Positions 47,883-57,442 of a stretch of DNA of 64,000 bases are shown here, in pieces (the stretch's first letter is position 1; the number at the start of each line of letters is the position of its first letter). The translations under genes were made by a program, and so were the position numbers. This stretch comes from Parachlamydiales bacterium. Its GTDB lineage: Bacteria > Chlamydiota > Chlamydiia > Chlamydiales > SM23-39. Under the pieces are notes generated by a model that was not told where the DNA came from, made no database searches, and worked only from the letters and a program-made list of their open reading frames with translations. The stretch lies in the NCBI GenBank assembly GCA_050302075.1, contig JBNLAH010000005.1, positions 1-64,000 on the forward strand. The letters are read 5' to 3'.

Positions 47883-49271
47883 TTAAGTAGCTATATTACA
47901 AGTTGATGCAGTATTTTTATCTTTGAGCTGGATTTCTTGGATGTTTGCCCCCAAATTTTGCAAGTTCCCAACCAAATTTTCATATCCTCTCTCTAGGTAG
48001 TGGACGTTAGTTATTGTGCTTTCGTCACTTGCGAGCAAAGCTGCCATTACATACGCAAAGCCTGCTCTTAAATCGGGAATGGAGATATTTTTGGAGCTAA
48101 GTGGGGTTGGGCCTTTTATAATTAAACTATGAGAGTGGTCCAGTAAATGGAACCTGCAGGACTTATTTCCTAAGCAGGAGTTAAAAAGCTCTAAAGAAGC
48201 TCCCATTTCTTTTAGGGTCTTAGTATACCCAAATCTGTTCTCATATACTGTTTCATGAATGACTGAAAATCCGTTTGCTTGTGTTAAAAGAACAGCAAGT
48301 GGCTGTTGCCAATCTGTCATAAATCCAGGGTGGACGTCTGTTTGTATTTGCAGGTTTGAAACTAGTGGTTTTTCATAAAAGAATTCAATCCCATCATTGT
48401 GAACCTTATAATTGGCCCCTAGGGACTTGATTGTATCTAAGAAGGATATCAGGTGAAGGTGTTGAGCATTTTTTATATAGACACTTCCTTTTGTGCTAAT
48501 TGCTGCAAGAGCATAAGAAATAACTTCATTTCTATCTGTTATAACTAGATGTTCGACATCATTAAAATCTTTTACCCCATTAATTGAGATTGTTCTGTCT
48601 GAGGTAACTGAAATTCTGCAGCCCATTTTTTGTAAAAACAAAACAAAATCAATGATTTCAGGTTCAATTGCAGCGTTATGAATAACTGTAAGTCCTTTTG
48701 CTGTAATTGCAGCTAAAATAATATTTTCAGTAGCTCCAACAGAAGGGTAGGGCAAAGTGACATTACAGCCTTTCAGTCCACTATGAGCTTGAGCAAAATA
48801 AGCTCCTTCATTTTTCATTTTTCTATACTCGATAGAAGCTCCCATTTTCTGAAGCGCCTCTATGTGAAAGTTAACAGGCCTTTTGCCTAAATCATCTCCA
48901 CCTACTGTTGGCACTATAACATCGTGACGGATCCTTCCCAAAAGAGCGCCAATCATAAGTATTGGAATTCTATTTGCTCCAGAATACTTTTGTGGAACAT
49001 ATGAAGTATTTATTTCTTTAGTATGAACTTGAAGCTTTTTTTCTTTTTTGTCCCAATTAACCTCCATCCCAATTTCTTTACACATGTTTAAGGTTATTTC
49101 TACATCATCAATATTTGGGACATTGTAAAAAGTGCACATTTTATCAGAAATTAATGATGCCACAAGCATTTTGGTTATGGCGTTCTTCGCGCCAGAGGCC
49201 TTTATTTCACCTTTTAAAGAGGCTCCACCTTTAATCTTTAATAATTTTATTGGGATTGCTTTTTTTGCCAT
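47883..49271 (-). CDS. murA: UDP-N-acetylglucosamine 1-carboxyvinyltransferase (Asp variant)
   Basis: GAKNA, GGDDLGKRP, PSVGATEN, HPGFMTD, YENRF, DLRAG and RGYE. Confidence 0.95.
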   Translation of the reverse strand: MAKKAIPIKLLKIKGGASLKGEIKASGAKNAITKMLVASLISDKMCTFYNVPNIDDVEITLNMCKEIGMEVNWDKKEKKLQVHTKEINTSYVPQKYSGANRIPILMIGALLGRIRHDVIVPTVGGDDLGKRPVNFHIEALQKMGASIEYRKMKNEGAYFAQAHSGLKGCNVTLPYPSVGATENIILAAITAKGLTVIHNAAIEPEIIDFVLFLQKMGCRISVTSDRTISINGVKDFNDVEHLVITDRNEVISYALAAISTKGSVYIKNAQHLHLISFLDTIKSLGANYKVHNDGIEFFYEKPLVSNLQIQTDVHPGFMTDWQQPLAVLLTQANGFSVIHETVYENRFGYTKTLKEMGASLELFNSCLGNKSCRFHLLDHSHSLIIKGPTPLSSKNISIPDLRAGFAYVMAALLASDESTITNVHYLERGYENLVGNLQNLGANIQEIQLKDKNTASTCNIAT

Positions 49272-49370
49272 GTGGGTTAATTTAACTCGTTATTTAAGGT
49301 CTTTTTTATATTCACTAGATCATGTTATCATTTATCAAATGAGTAAATCAATACAACAATTATAGACCAA

Positions 49371-49871
49371 ATGAATGATTCAGAATTCATAATGGCTCTA
49401 GGCCAGGACAGTCACAGATTTTTAGAAGATGAGTCTACAAAACCCTGCGTCATTGCTGGACTAATTTTTAAAGATATGCCAGGGCTTTCAGCCGATTCTG
49501 ATGGTGACGTTGTTTACCATAGTATTTGTAATGCTATAACATCTATAACTCATGTGCCAATCTTGGGGAAGGTTGCAATAGATTTATATAAAAAAGATGG
49601 GATTACAGACTCTCAAGTATACTTGGAAAAAGCCCTTCAAACTCTTAAGGATAAAAAAATTATTCATGTGTCTTTGAGTATTGAAGGTAGAAGACCTAGA
49701 TTGCAGCCTAGGATTGATGAAATGCGTGAAAATATAGCTAGAGTTTTAAAAATTGGTGCAGCTCAAGTCGGTATTACTGCAACTTCCGGAGATGGAATGA
49801 CAAGCTTTGGCTGTGGCGAAGGACTTCAATGCTTTTGTGCTTTAACAGTTAAGTCAATACACGTCGCATAA
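49371..49871 (+). CDS. ispF: 2-C-methyl-D-erythritol 2,4-cyclodiphosphate synthase
   Basis: GQDSHRF, SDGDVVYH and ITATSGDGMTSFGCGEG. Confidence 0.9.
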   Translation: MNDSEFIMALGQDSHRFLEDESTKPCVIAGLIFKDMPGLSADSDGDVVYHSICNAITSITHVPILGKVAIDLYKKDGITDSQVYLEKALQTLKDKKIIHVSLSIEGRRPRLQPRIDEMRENIARVLKIGAAQVGITATSGDGMTSFGCGEGLQCFCALTVKSIHVA

Positions 49872-50951
49872 GTATCTTTTGTTTCTTCTTAACTCTTTTA
49901 GATAAGTTTTAGATTCTAATTCAGTCATTTTTCCATGTTTTTTGAAAACATCTAAAATTGCCGCTTCAACGGATTTAGCCATTTGCTTAGCATCTCCGCA
50001 GACATAGATGGTAGCATTATCTTGAACCCATTTGAAAAATTTTTCGCCTTTTTCTTTTATTAAATCCTGAACGTAGATTTTGCTTTCTTGGTCTCTAGAA
50101 AATGCAAGATCAATATCAAGGGTGTTATTAGAACTTAAGTTTTCTAAGAATTCTTGATAATAGTAATCATAGTTTTTGTTTCTCTCGCCAAAAAAAAGCC
50201 AATTCTTTGTTTGGGTGCTTGAGGCCATTCTTTCTTGCAAGAAAGCTTTAAACGGGGCAATTCCAGTGCCAGGTCCAATCATAATAATTGGAGTGTCAGA
50301 TAATTCAGGTAGTTTAAAATGCGGGCTTTTTTGAACATATATAGCAACTTTGTCGTTAGTCTGTGCTAGATTGCATAGATAGTTACTACCTATTCCATGA
50401 AAAATTTTGTCTTTTAGCTGGTAGGTATTTTCAGCGACTAATAAATGTATTTCATTGGCAATTATTTTACTTGAGGATGCTATAGAATAAAACCTAGGTA
50501 GCATTGGCTTTAGAGCAAGGCAAAAGTCAGCTATTGAAAAATCTGCCGGGTACATTGTCAATATTTCCCATACATGATTAGAGTTTAAATAATTTTTGAG
50601 AAATTCTCTATCTGTCAGGAGTGTCCCAATTTCATTTTTGTGTGCAGTGTCTTTTGTGTTTTTTAAAATTAGCTCAAGTAATTTTTTTGTTCCAGAGCAG
50701 ATGTTTACTTTATGTAAAAGCTCAATGTTTTTTTTGTCAGATTTTGAAACCTTTAAGGCTTCTAATGTTTTTTCAATGAGACTTATTTCATTTAAGGGGA
50801 TTATCCCAAGGCTGTCCCCAGGGTGGTATTCTAGCTCTTTAGGATCAACTTTAAGAGATATGTGATATGTTTTTTTTGTAGAGCCCGGTTTGCTAATAAG
50901 ATATCTTTTATTTAGTGTAGCAAGATATGGATTTTCTTTTTTGTATTTCAT
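49854..50951 (-). CDS. CysJ-like FAD/NADPH oxidoreductase lacking the flavodoxin domain
   Basis: PRFYSIASS, IGPGTGIAPF, WLFFGER, AFSRDQ, YVCGDA and DVY; only 365 aa. Confidence 0.85.
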   Translation of the reverse strand: MKYKKENPYLATLNKRYLISKPGSTKKTYHISLKVDPKELEYHPGDSLGIIPLNEISLIEKTLEALKVSKSDKKNIELLHKVNICSGTKKLLELILKNTKDTAHKNEIGTLLTDREFLKNYLNSNHVWEILTMYPADFSIADFCLALKPMLPRFYSIASSSKIIANEIHLLVAENTYQLKDKIFHGIGSNYLCNLAQTNDKVAIYVQKSPHFKLPELSDTPIIMIGPGTGIAPFKAFLQERMASSTQTKNWLFFGERNKNYDYYYQEFLENLSSNNTLDIDLAFSRDQESKIYVQDLIKEKGEKFFKWVQDNATIYVCGDAKQMAKSVEAAILDVFKKHGKMTELESKTYLKELRRNKRYLCDVY

Positions 50952-51021
50952 AGAAAAAAATTTAATAGACAGAGTGTATTGTTAGCATATAAAATAACAT
51001 TTAAAACTAAATGATTGCAAG

Positions 51022-51174
51022 GTGTCAAAATTGTTCATTCGTATAGGGTTATTACTGTTATTGTTAAGTTTGGTGTCATGTGCGATGGGAGGGGATTTAC
51101 AAAGAAGATATGTTATTTCTCAAGTATCAGACGAAATATCCCAAGAGCCGGAAGCCGAACTTAAAGAGGACTAG
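51022..51174 (+). CDS. Putative small lipoprotein (50 aa)
   Basis: Manual translation from GTG: MSKLFIRIGLLLLLLSLVSCAMGGDLQRRYVISQVSDEISQEPEAELKED. Lipobox LVSC; its stop overlaps the gltX stop (CTAG). Confidence 0.6.
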   Translation: MSKLFIRIGLLLLLLSLVSCAMGGDLQRRYVISQVSDEISQEPEAELKED

Positions 51175-52679
51175 CTTCCCTGAATTAATTTATTGCACTC
51201 CTTGTTTTCCCAAGATTTTCTTAAAGAATACATTTTTTTATTGGAAATTCCACCTAAAGACTCAATTGCTTTTAATAAGCGGGCTCTGGTTCTCTCTTTT
51301 CCCAAAATAGTAACTGAATCAAACAGTGGAGGCCCAAATCTCTTTCCCATAATTGTTGAAAACAAAATGGGCATTACAATTTTTTTATGATTTATCCCAA
51401 ATGTAGTCGCTACGTCCTTTGAGGCTTTTTCCATAGCACTCCCATCCCAAGATTCTTGTTCTTCCAAGCTCCATATGATGCATTGAAGAATAAAACAAAC
51501 AACTTCAGGAGTCGTATTTTTGGGGCACAGTTTTTCAATCGTGTATTCTAGATCATTTATAAAGAAAAAATCACATAGGGCAATAAAATCTGAGAAGGTC
51601 TTAATCCTAGTATGTATAAGAGGCATTAATCTTTGCATGAACTGATCATTAAAGCTCCATGATTTTAGCCTTTGCCAGAGATTGTCTTCACTGATACTAT
51701 TTATTAAATACTTTTGATTGAGCCATTCTAACTTTTGCACATCAAAAAAAGCTCCCGAAACACCAATTCTCTTTTCATCAAATGAAGATATAATTTCATC
51801 CAATGAATAAAATTCGTTCTCAGAAGGCATGCTATAACCTAAAAGCGTAAGAAAATTGAGCAGTGCTTCCGGTAGAAATCCACTATCCTTATAGTAAAAA
51901 ATCGAGGTTGGGTTTTTTCTTTTTGATAGTTTTTTACCATCCTTGCCCAGTAGCAAGGGCATATGCATAAAAACTGGCATTTCAAATCTTAAAAATTGAT
52001 ATAACAAAACATGTTTAGGGGTTGAGCTCATCCATTCATCCCCACGAATTACATGCGTAATTTTCATGAGATGATCGTCTACAACACTGGCCAGATGGTA
52101 AGTTGGCTGTCCATCGGATTTGATAAGCACCTGGTCATCCACATCAGCCCAGGGGCATGTGACTCTTCCTTTCACTGCGTCATGGTATACACATTCACCA
52201 GTTAGCGGAACTTTTAGTCTGATTACGTATGATTGCCCAGCATCAATTCTCTTTTTTACTTCTTCTTCAGATAAATTCCTGTATCGGCGGTCGTATCCTG
52301 ATTTTTTCCCTGTTTTTGCAGCCATTTCTCTCATTTCCTGAAGCTCTTCAGGTGTAGCAAAACACTTGTAGGCATGACCATCTTGAAGCAGCTTTTGGGC
52401 ATATTCTTGATAAATAGATGTCCTTTCTGATTGGCGGTATGGTCCATATGGACCGCCAACGTCAGGGCCTTCATTCCACTTGATCCCAACCCAGGCTAAG
52501 GACTCCAAGACACTTTCTTCATATTCCTTTCGTGATCTTGTCCTATCGGTATCTTCAATTCTAAGAATGAATTCACCATTGTGATGGCGAGCAAAAATCA
52601 TATTGAACAAGGCTATATATGCTGTGCCTACGTGGGGGTCTCCAGTAGGAGAGGGGGCTATTCGAGTTCGTACTTTCAT
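51171..52679 (-). CDS. gltX: Glutamate--tRNA ligase
   Basis: RIAPSPTGDPHVG, LRIEDTD, PYRQSER, THVIRGDEW and KLSKR. Confidence 0.98.
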   Translation of the reverse strand: MKVRTRIAPSPTGDPHVGTAYIALFNMIFARHHNGEFILRIEDTDRTRSRKEYEESVLESLAWVGIKWNEGPDVGGPYGPYRQSERTSIYQEYAQKLLQDGHAYKCFATPEELQEMREMAAKTGKKSGYDRRYRNLSEEEVKKRIDAGQSYVIRLKVPLTGECVYHDAVKGRVTCPWADVDDQVLIKSDGQPTYHLASVVDDHLMKITHVIRGDEWMSSTPKHVLLYQFLRFEMPVFMHMPLLLGKDGKKLSKRKNPTSIFYYKDSGFLPEALLNFLTLLGYSMPSENEFYSLDEIISSFDEKRIGVSGAFFDVQKLEWLNQKYLINSISEDNLWQRLKSWSFNDQFMQRLMPLIHTRIKTFSDFIALCDFFFINDLEYTIEKLCPKNTTPEVVCFILQCIIWSLEEQESWDGSAMEKASKDVATTFGINHKKIVMPILFSTIMGKRFGPPLFDSVTILGKERTRARLLKAIESLGGISNKKMYSLRKSWENKECNKLIQGS

Positions 52680-52737
52680 TTTTTCTAAGGTTAAAAAGAG
52701 CTACATTGTCTTATGTTTGGCTTAATTTTTCAAGTCT

Positions 52738-54693
52738 CTATCTCATTATTTGATTATTCAACTGCATTAAGAAAATTAAGTCTTTCATAATATTGTATGT
52801 TTCGGCTAGTTGTAAGTCAGTTTGAGAGAAAATATCAAAGCTTTCATCTTCAAACTTTTTTTCTTCAGCTGATTTTATAAAATTTTGATAGCTTTTATTT
52901 AAAGAAATTCGATTTTTAGAATTTTTTCTTAGAGTTTCAAGGTGCTTGACATAAGTATCCAACCTAGGTTGTAGATTATGTTTGTATAACCTTCCAATTT
53001 CGTTCCTGTGCAAAACAGGTATGTCTAATAAATCATCTTCAAAGTTTGCTTCAATTTGATCATTTTGAAGAGGATATTTTGAAAATTTTTCTCCAATCTC
53101 TACTCCAGAAAAAATTCCAGGGACAACAAGATCAGATTTTACTCCAACTAATTGAGGGCTTTTCCCTGATACAGTGTAATATTTTCCCTTGGTTACTTTA
53201 TACTCTCCTTTTGAATTAACTTTTCCGTCATGTGAAGAATCTAGAGTGAAAACTTGGAAGGTACCCTTGCCAAAGGTATGCTCGTCGCCAACAACGAGGG
53301 CTCTTCCGTAGTCTTGTAATGATTGTGCTACAATTTCTGCAGCTGATGCACTGGTCTTATTTACTAAAATAACAAGTGGGCCGTCCCAGGCCATTTTCCC
53401 ATCTAAGTTTCTTAGGTGCTGGATATTCCCTGAACTGTCTTTAATTGAAACTATAATCCCTTTAGTAATAAACAGTCCGGATACTTCTTTAGCTTGAGAG
53501 AGCATGCCACCGGAGTTGTTTCTAAGATCTAAAATTATGCCTTTTAGATTGTGATTTGCTTGTACATCTTCCAAAGCCTTTCTAATATCTGATGCAGAGG
53601 AACTTTTAGGATCTTGATAAAAAGAAAACAGTTTCAAATTGGCAATCACTCCATCAGCAAAAGGCTCAATTTTTGTCTCAAGTCTAGTATCCTCTAAAAC
53701 AATTTCCCCTCGAATAATTTCAACATCAAGCTTTTCAGTTGTTTTGTTCTCTGTATCGCCATGCTCTCTTAGTATTGTTAAAAGAACTGGGGTGTTTTTT
53801 TTGCCTCTTATTAATTCAACAGCTTTTTCAATATCCATTCCCACAACAGGCTCTTTATTTACCGCTATAATTTTGTCGTTTATCTTTAGTTTGTTGGTTT
53901 TTTTAGCTGGGCCACCATCTAAAATTCTAACTATAGAGAACCCGTTTAAGCTGTCTCTTAACTGTGCTCCAATTCCAAATAATCTTTGTTGGACTTGCAT
54001 CATGAACTGTGAAGCTTCACTTGGGGTGAAATAGGTGCTATAAGCATCTAAAGCTGAACTAAAAGCTTTTAAGAAATATGTATAAATTAATTTAGATTTC
54101 TCCTCTTTATCAGTTGCTAGAAGTTCTCTTTCTCTATTTAGTCTTCTTTTTTTTATTCGCTGGAAAAATTTTTCAGCAGTTTCATCGTCTATTTTTTCAA
54201 CTGCTTGAACCTGTAAGCCTCTGATTTTTAGAAGTCTATTATAAAGCTCATCAGTAGAACCCGCCCAGTTTAAATTACTAAATTCCTCATTCTCAGCAAG
54301 TTTTGGTATGTCTTCTTTTTCAATCAAGGCCTCAAATTTATTTCTGCGTTCAATAGCTTTTGACATCACAAGGTGAATATTTTCAAAAGTGCTAAAATTT
54401 CCTTTATGGTAATCACTGATTATTTTATTGATGTCCTCCTCGCTTGGAGATAGCCATTTTTGAATATCATCTTTTAAAAAATATGTCTTTGAAGGATCTA
54501 GCTCTTCTATAAAATTATCTAAGGTTCTGGTCATTAGTTGGTTATCAATTTTTTTGTAATTTACATGTGAATGCAGCATCTCCATTGTCTTTTTCTTTAC
54601 ATCATGAGAATTTATGTCAGGGAGGGTTGCGTAAGCAATATTTATGCAAAGTAGTGCTAAGAATATGAATAAGTTGTGTCTGAATAGTCTCAT
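52738..54693 (-). CDS. tsp: Tail-specific protease (S41, PDZ domain)
   Basis: GIGAQL (PDZ), LDLRNNSGG, SASAAEIVA and TFGKGTFQ; signal peptide. Confidence 0.92.
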   Translation of the reverse strand: MRLFRHNLFIFLALLCINIAYATLPDINSHDVKKKTMEMLHSHVNYKKIDNQLMTRTLDNFIEELDPSKTYFLKDDIQKWLSPSEEDINKIISDYHKGNFSTFENIHLVMSKAIERRNKFEALIEKEDIPKLAENEEFSNLNWAGSTDELYNRLLKIRGLQVQAVEKIDDETAEKFFQRIKKRRLNRERELLATDKEEKSKLIYTYFLKAFSSALDAYSTYFTPSEASQFMMQVQQRLFGIGAQLRDSLNGFSIVRILDGGPAKKTNKLKINDKIIAVNKEPVVGMDIEKAVELIRGKKNTPVLLTILREHGDTENKTTEKLDVEIIRGEIVLEDTRLETKIEPFADGVIANLKLFSFYQDPKSSSASDIRKALEDVQANHNLKGIILDLRNNSGGMLSQAKEVSGLFITKGIIVSIKDSSGNIQHLRNLDGKMAWDGPLVILVNKTSASAAEIVAQSLQDYGRALVVGDEHTFGKGTFQVFTLDSSHDGKVNSKGEYKVTKGKYYTVSGKSPQLVGVKSDLVVPGIFSGVEIGEKFSKYPLQNDQIEANFEDDLLDIPVLHRNEIGRLYKHNLQPRLDTYVKHLETLRKNSKNRISLNKSYQNFIKSAEEKKFEDESFDIFSQTDLQLAETYNIMKDLIFLMQLNNQIMR

Positions 54694-54947
54694 TAGAACT
54701 CCACAATTTTTTCCAACTATAGCGGAAAATGCATGTTGTAGCCAACTACTTATTCAAATAATTGAATTTTAGACCATTAGAGATAGGGGGGGATCTGATT
54801 TAATTATACTTTAGTATTTATTAAGAAAAATTAACAAAGTTCTTGATGTCAATAGATTATTATGTAATAATCTTAACTTAAAAGTGCATAAAATTAACTA
54901 AATAATAAGATTTTAAGATTTATATAACTAATTTTTGGAGGAAAATA

Positions 54948-55412
54948 ATGTTTGACGAACATAAGCAGGAAAGCGAGATTTCTCTAGCTCCAGAAGAGAA
55001 AAACTTGCCTGAAGAAAAAGTTGTTTCAATCACTGAAGCAGCTCGTAGAAATAATGTAACTAGACAAGCTATCTATGTTGCAATTAAACAAAATAAATTA
55101 AAAGCGAGAAAAGATGCAACTCGTTGGACTATTCATTTAGATGATTTAGAAGAGTATAAGAAAAACAAATATTCTAGAACTAAATCAGTTTATGATGGAG
55201 AACTTTTATTTGATAACGATAAAGGATTTTACTCAATTAACCAGGCTGCAAAAATACTAGGCGTTCCAGCTCAGAAAATTTATTATGCTACTCGCGTAGG
55301 CCATCTTAAAGCAGATCGAAAAGGTGCCGCTTGGATCGTTAATATTAGTGATCTAAATGAGTATAAAGAAAAGTATCTTGGTAAACCAGTTACTGGCCAA
55401 CAGGTCATCTAA
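54948..55412 (+). CDS. euo: Chlamydial developmental transcriptional repressor EUO
   Basis: Tandem HTH domains (VSITEAARRNNVTRQAIYVAIKQNKLKA; YSINQAAKILGVPAQKIYYATRVG); lies next to recJ. Confidence 0.92.
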   Translation: MFDEHKQESEISLAPEEKNLPEEKVVSITEAARRNNVTRQAIYVAIKQNKLKARKDATRWTIHLDDLEEYKKNKYSRTKSVYDGELLFDNDKGFYSINQAAKILGVPAQKIYYATRVGHLKADRKGAAWIVNISDLNEYKEKYLGKPVTGQQVI

Positions 55413-55415
55413 TTT

Positions 55416-55445
55416 AAAAGCCTCTCAAATGAGAGGCTTTTTTTT
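55416..55445 (+). terminator. Intrinsic terminator, probably bidirectional, between euo and recJ
   Basis: AAAAGCCTCTC-AAAT-GAGAGGCTTTTTTTT. Confidence 0.85.
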
Positions 55446-55474
55446 ATAAAAAGAATAATCAATATTTAAGATCT

Positions 55475-57220
55475 TTAGGTTAATTGAAAGTCTTTTACTT
55501 GAAGTTGTATGCTCGCTTTGTTTAAGAACATATTGATATGAGGGGAAAAAGCAACTCTTAAAGGAATTTTTTTCTTTCTAAGTTGATTTTTGCGATTCGC
55601 CATTCCAAAGCCAATTCCTTCTAACATCCTTTCATTTTGCTCTAGAAACATTTTTAGGTGAATTTTGCCAACAATTTTAGGCATCCATATTTGACTTACA
55701 TCTGAATAGAGGAGTGGAGGTGGGTTCTCATTGCCAAAAGGTTCAAAAAGACTAAATGACTCCATAAAGTCAAAAGTCAAATCTGAAAAATTTATCTTCG
55801 CGTCTAAATAGAGTTTAGTTACAAGATCTTGATCTTTTAGGAACTCATTTGAGTAGTCCACAAAAAGTTTTTTGAATTGTTCAATATTCTCTTCTTTTAT
55901 TGTAAGCCCTGCAGCGCAGTCATGCCCTCCAAAATTTACTAAGTAGTTAGAATATTTTCTTAAAACTTTTAAAAGGGGGAACTCGGGAATGGTTCTGATT
56001 GAGCCCTTTCCTAGACCTCGGTCTATCGAGATAATTAATGTTGGCCGATTGTAATGTTTTGAGAGCCTGGCAGCAATTATTGGAATAATGCCTGGGTGCC
56101 AACTCTTCGAGTGCAAAACAATTGCCTTTTCATTCAAAAGGCTAGGGTGCTTAAGGATATGTCTTTCAATATCTTCAGATGCTGATCTTTCAATTTTCTG
56201 CCTTTGAAGATTATATAAATCTAGTTCTTTAGCTAAAATCTCAGCTTGTGCTTCGTTTTTCAATAGTAAAAGCTCAACTCCTTTTTGAGGATCTGCTATA
56301 CGCCCTAAACTATTGAGCCTTGGGGCTACCTTAGAAGCAATATCAACAGGCGTAACATCAGGTGTTTCAAGTTCTGAAATATTGCAGAGTTTTGAAAGGC
56401 CAATTCTTTTAGTATTTCTAAGTTGTGTAAGGCCATAGCGGACAAGTATTCTATTTTCTCCTAGCAATGATCCCATATCGGCGATAGTTCCTAAAGCAAC
56501 TAAGTCTAAGTAGTCTTTCAGATCAATTTCATCCTCAGCTATTTTTCCTTCTTCAATTAAGTGGTTTGTTATTGCATGGGCTAGTTTAAATGCAACTCCA
56601 ACTCCAGTTAAGTCTCTATTAGGATAAGTGCTGTTAATTAATTTTGGATTCAAAGTAGCTATGCAGTTTGGAATTCTTGAGGTAGGTTCATGGTGATCCG
56701 TTATAATGACGTCAATATTATTTTGGATAATTTCATCAATTTCGTCTGCTGCGGTAATTCCACAATCAACAGTTATAATTAAAGAGCATTTTTTAGAGAT
56801 GGCAAACTCCAAGGCGTTCTTCGTAAATGATCTTTGCAGGGTATTGCGATTAGGGACAAAGAAAAAAACTGACGCATTGATGTTTTGAAGAAACTCAACT
56901 AACAAAGCTGCCGAAGTCATTCCATCGACATCATTGTCGCCATAAATTAAAATATTTTCCTTCTTGGAAATAGCTGACATTATCCGATAAACAGCCTTGT
57001 CCATATCAGGGAAAAGTCTCGGGTTAAATAAGCTAGGTAGCTTTGCATAGAGAAATTGATGAATTCTATCTAATGATACAAATCCTCTAGAAACCAAAAT
57101 TTTTGCAATAACAGGGTGAACCTGAAATTCTTTAATTATTTTTTGAGCTAATTCCGGATTTTCCTTGGGATAAACCCAAACCGGGTGACTCAGATCATGC
57201 GAAGACATATTTTTTTCCAA
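55475..57220 (-). CDS. recJ: Single-stranded-DNA-specific exonuclease RecJ
   Basis: GDNDVDG, TVDCG, TDHH, ALGTIADM, PRLNSLGR and GGHDCAAG. Confidence 0.96.
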   Translation of the reverse strand: MEKNMSSHDLSHPVWVYPKENPELAQKIIKEFQVHPVIAKILVSRGFVSLDRIHQFLYAKLPSLFNPRLFPDMDKAVYRIMSAISKKENILIYGDNDVDGMTSAALLVEFLQNINASVFFFVPNRNTLQRSFTKNALEFAISKKCSLIITVDCGITAADEIDEIIQNNIDVIITDHHEPTSRIPNCIATLNPKLINSTYPNRDLTGVGVAFKLAHAITNHLIEEGKIAEDEIDLKDYLDLVALGTIADMGSLLGENRILVRYGLTQLRNTKRIGLSKLCNISELETPDVTPVDIASKVAPRLNSLGRIADPQKGVELLLLKNEAQAEILAKELDLYNLQRQKIERSASEDIERHILKHPSLLNEKAIVLHSKSWHPGIIPIIAARLSKHYNRPTLIISIDRGLGKGSIRTIPEFPLLKVLRKYSNYLVNFGGHDCAAGLTIKEENIEQFKKLFVDYSNEFLKDQDLVTKLYLDAKINFSDLTFDFMESFSLFEPFGNENPPPLLYSDVSQIWMPKIVGKIHLKMFLEQNERMLEGIGFGMANRKNQLRKKKIPLRVAFSPHINMFLNKASIQLQVKDFQLT

Positions 57221-57442
57221 TCTTTACGCTTTTTTTTAATGTAGGTATTCTACGTAAGCATTCAGATTGAAAGAACCTTCAACTGAATCTAAAACCTCTA
57301 ATGGTGTGAAAAAAAACAAATTTGTTTACTTCATAAATAGGCGTTTAAGCATACTCTCATCTTTTTTTAGGTTTTCAGCAATTAGGTAACTTCCAATTAA
57401 TTTTAAAAATAGCACAAATCTCACTGTTGAGCAATATAAAGA

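Noticed and set aside
49854..50951. CysJ-like gene as a truncated pseudogene or sulfate assimilation locus
   Set aside because: The frame and the FAD/NADPH motifs are intact, a short CysJ-like gene near ispF is also known in Chlamydia, and no cysI is present.
51080..51390. ORFs 51080-51310 and 51193-51390
   Set aside because: They lie largely antisense to gltX and have no motifs. The 51022-51174 frame explains the gap better.
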